64,000 bases of DNA from Iphione sp. A-MEVVRFRX5 (lineage: Eukaryota). How positions within the stretch are numbered: the first letter of the stretch is position 1; each line of letters begins with the position of its first letter. Shown here piece by piece: positions 60,421 to 64,000 of the stretch. Position numbers and translations under genes: made by a program. Under the pieces are notes generated by a model. It was not told the origin of the DNA. It saw only the letters and a list, made by a program, of their open reading frames with translations, and searched no databases. Where the stretch lies: assembly GCA_976226885.1 (NCBI GenBank), contig OZ320320.1:61876001-61940000 (forward strand). Direction: 5' to 3'.

Positions 60421-62112
60421 TGTGTTAGGGGTCTTTACTTCCCATTAGACCGAGGTTGGGTAATATGGGGTACAACCCGTGCCCCCTCCCCCCACACCCC
60501 TACGCTTCCTTTGGCGCTACCCGACCCTGTAGCTTTTAGCCCTCAGCCAGCCCCAGTCATTCCAGGCAGCTTCCGACCCCTCCCTCCTCACCATTACGTC
60601 GTCTTTACATTCAGCGGCCGCGTGCTGTCAAGGACAACCCGCAACCCTACTTAGCTACCCGTCTGACAGTTTATAAACGACGCCTCAATGATAAAATACC
60701 CAACAACTAAGATGGCGTAATGCGGCTATTTTTTGTTATCCTGAGTATGATGAGCGGTTGTGTTACTTCATTTTACTAAGTGGCTTACTACGGTAACACT
60801 TTACCCTAGAATTTAGTTTAGATTCACCACACAGCACTAATCAAGACCATCGGAACCTTTTGTTGTCGGAACAAAAGGCATACATCCACTTGTTGCAATC
60901 TATTAATTGCCTTTTAACAATTTTTCTTCCTAACGAGGAATTATTAAAAATGCAGCTAAGATAAACCGAAATACCTGACGAGTTCTTTTGTCTCGAAAAT
61001 GGCAAGCGCCAGAAACATTAGTTTGCATGTACATCTATCTCCTTCCTTAAGAATTTTGCTCCCTGGGCTGACAATGTGGGTGACTTGAAATTATCTAGAC
61101 TAAAACCCTAAGTGCAACTCGCTTTGAAAATGCAATATAATTCTATCTATAAAAAAAATGAATTGTCATGTAGACCAGATGGATAAAAGAAGCTTATTTA
61201 CGCAAAGGTTTCACGTACAGAGCTTCTTACGTCAACACATGCCGTATAACGAGCTCCCTGACAGACTGTCCCAGGTACACACCTTGGTTAAACATACATG
61301 TACATGTACACCGATTACACAGCGGGTTCAGTCAATCAGGAAAAAGGCGCCTAAATCATATGTCACACCTTGAGACCCTCAGGATGCGTTCACCCTTATA
61401 TAGGGAGTTTTGGGGCATGTTTCTCATACAGGTGTAACTTAGCCGGTTAAGGGCACAAACCACTCGACACGAACTACAAGACAGTGTCACCCTATGCTGC
61501 ACATCGTGTAGGTGTAATGGGCTGTTACGCTGAACTGTGACAGAATCAATCCTCAGGAATAAAAAAAATCTCCCAAGCAGAATGGCCATAATCTATCAGC
61601 ACCAACCATGTTTGTTCTTCAGAGTCTACAGTATCTTCGCCATACAAGAGCAGCGAGAGGAAACTGCACCACTGTGAGATTCTCAGATAAGATGAGTTTG
61701 TCCTTACAATAGTTCCCTTATACAATAGGGCATTGTTGTGTAAAGGAGCTACGCCTAAAGAGATGCACTGAAACTTTGCAAACAGTGGCAACAATACACT
61801 GGCAGAGGGATGTCGGGGTAGACCGTGTGAGTGATGGGGAGAGCGGGGGGTGAGGTTGGGGGGGGGGGTTTAAACGTCGGAGGCCCCAAGGGACACAATA
61901 GGCTTGAGTGGTGGTGGTAGAGGCTGTCGTGGTTCAGGTGAGATGGGGGTGGGGGAGTGAGGACGTAAGACTACTGACCAGACTGACACTGAGCTGAGAT
62001 TGGCAGCAGATAGGCGACCACTCCAGCCCGACCCAAGGCAGCCCAATGACATATGACTCTATAATAGGCAGCAGCCAATGTGAGGGAGGGTCGTCCCAAT
62101 TAGTCGGCTCAC

Positions 62113-62167
62113 CTGGCGAAAGCCTCCTGCTCAGCCGGGTTGATTGGAACAGTCTCTCTCACGTTCC
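62113..62167 (-). CDS. Possible upstream RhoGEF exon (NVRETVPINPAEQEAFA)
   Basis: atgtag acceptor, CAG|gtgagc donor, one open frame; no homology evidence. Confidence 0.3.
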
Positions 62168-64000
62168 CTACATAAGCCACTTGGTCTGCGACTGTCTGGA
62201 GTCTGTTCTCCACTTTGGATAGGATTAGGACTGACTGAGAAGATCTCATTCTGATCCATATGACTGAGACAAGTTTCTGCACAGTTCTCTAAGTATAGCA
62301 GCTTTAACTTGGCTGGTACCTTAGTAAGTTTCTTTCCAGTGTGACTCGTGTGACTGAGAGAATCTCTGGCTCATTTTCTACTTTTACAGATTTGAGATGA
62401 CGTGATGTTTGCTCTCTTCCTCTGCTAGATCAGCCAGCACTTATTCATGTAGACGATACCCTGTCAGAAGGATTTATTTCTGAGCAGGGAATGTGTCAAT
62501 GATACATGTATTAAGACACGTAAATGTTGCATAAAGATGACACCGAGCTCGCTGTGACATTCTTACCAAATTATGGCCTTTTTTATACATAGACATCCTC
62601 CTTTCTATAGAAACTTAACATGGAACTGCATGACGAACTGTTTTTGTCTGATGCCCTCTATCGTCCACCTGCGGAGTCATACTTGTGGACAAAAAGTGTC
62701 ACTTTCGATGATACTCATCCGTGGCAATCTAGACTGCAAAAAAAAAACAACACCCCACACATCATTTTTTTCACACATTACATGTCCCCTCTAATCGTCT
62801 GGAAATTTCAGTAACTCCACCTGCATGACCAAGACGATATTTCATGGTAGATGGCAGGGGTTCGCACAGGACGAAAAAAAAACGTGACAAATTGGGCATT
62901 CTCTGGTAACATGCTTAACATAACACGCACTTCCTCCTGCCACGGTCTTCGTCTTTTTTTTGTTCCAAGTCAGGTGCCGATTTTTTTTTTCGCCTCCATT
63001 CAACCCTTTTTTTCTTTCTCTCTTCTCCACACCCATCTTGCGTGAATGGAGACTGGCAGGAAAAAATTAATTCATCTCCTTAGACGATCTGTCACTTGGC
63101 GGCGCAGCTAGTCAATGGGCCAACGTATTGTTGAGCGGAGGCTCCATTGTGGTTGGTTGCGTCAGAACCATAGGGTGTACGTAACCCTTGTTATTAGGGG
63201 TTCCATATAGGGTCGTGTTGCCCACAATAGCGCCCTCTCGGAAATCATAATTTATCCCTTCGTTCTACTATCGCCACCCACGCCAACAAACGGAAATTCT
63301 GCGAAAAAGAGCCTCGACTTGCACTGGATCATCCAAAGAAACCGGTGTAGTCATAAGAAATGACAAAAAATTTATTCAATGACCTTTCAAAAATATATCT
63401 TTCAAACTCCAACCTTTGAAAACTTTAACTTTACACACCTGCTTGAATGTTGTGATACTGACTATAGTTCCCTTCCGAGAGCGGGCATGGAAGAAATTGG
63501 GTGGCGTTAAGTTGTACCCCCATACGCCCCCCCCCCCCACTGGTCTCGTCGTACCCACGGCATCACACTTATCATTCACGCTTCTGACGTCTTGTGGTTT
63601 ACGGTATGATTATGGAGCCTTTAAACCTTGAGCGGTTTGAGTACCAGCTCCGGTCATGGTCATCAGCAGAGAAGAAATAATTATTAGGTAAATTCTAAAT
63701 TCAGTACGAATATCATTAAAGCGATATTTGCTCTGATTTCCTTTCTTGTAATGAGTATTTATGGTAGTGTTTCCATCGAAAAAGCACTTATGATCGTATC
63801 GTACACATGTACATCTGGAAAAGCAGCCTCAAGACTGCCGCTCCTCCCCCTGGGGTCGATGGGTGTTAAATGTCGTCTGCATCCATGGTGCTTTCCATCC
63901 TATGAAAGACGCCAGCGTGTGCTCCTGCCGGCTCCCTCACGAACAAGGACCTCCCCATATTCCAGCCCTGTCACTTCCTCAAAACATGTGGTGGTCGTAA

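Overview
Eukaryotic (metazoan) genomic scaffold with five N-gaps. The domain set and repeat style suggest an invertebrate such as a lancelet, which is inference. Bases 1-21k are intergenic and hold three CR1/L2-group non-LTR retrotransposons: a rearranged minus-strand copy (2807-6801), an old 5'-truncated minus-strand RT fragment (~9020-10370) and a young, near-intact plus-strand element (14931-20834). The young element is the main discovery candidate. It has three ORFs: an ORF1 (coiled coil-RRM-CTD) fused to a NADAR/YbiA-family domain (ADP-ribose/N-glycosidase fold), a free-standing degenerate SGNH-hydrolase-like ORF, and an APE-RT ORF2 with only two lesions. Bases ~24.5-51.2k carry a minus-strand RGS-RhoGEF gene (ARHGEF11/12 / RhoGEF2-like: RH-C1-DH-PH-C-terminal coiled coil). 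I reconstructed 24 phase-consistent exons by hand, one of them cut by a gap; the PDZ and start of the RH domain were not found in the window. Its introns hold several unusual structures: a 230-bp inverted repeat with no mismatch seen, bracketing a frame-preserving exon; a minisatellite built from copies of a splice acceptor; candidate alternative first exons; and clusters of nuclear-receptor elements, including a triple DR5.
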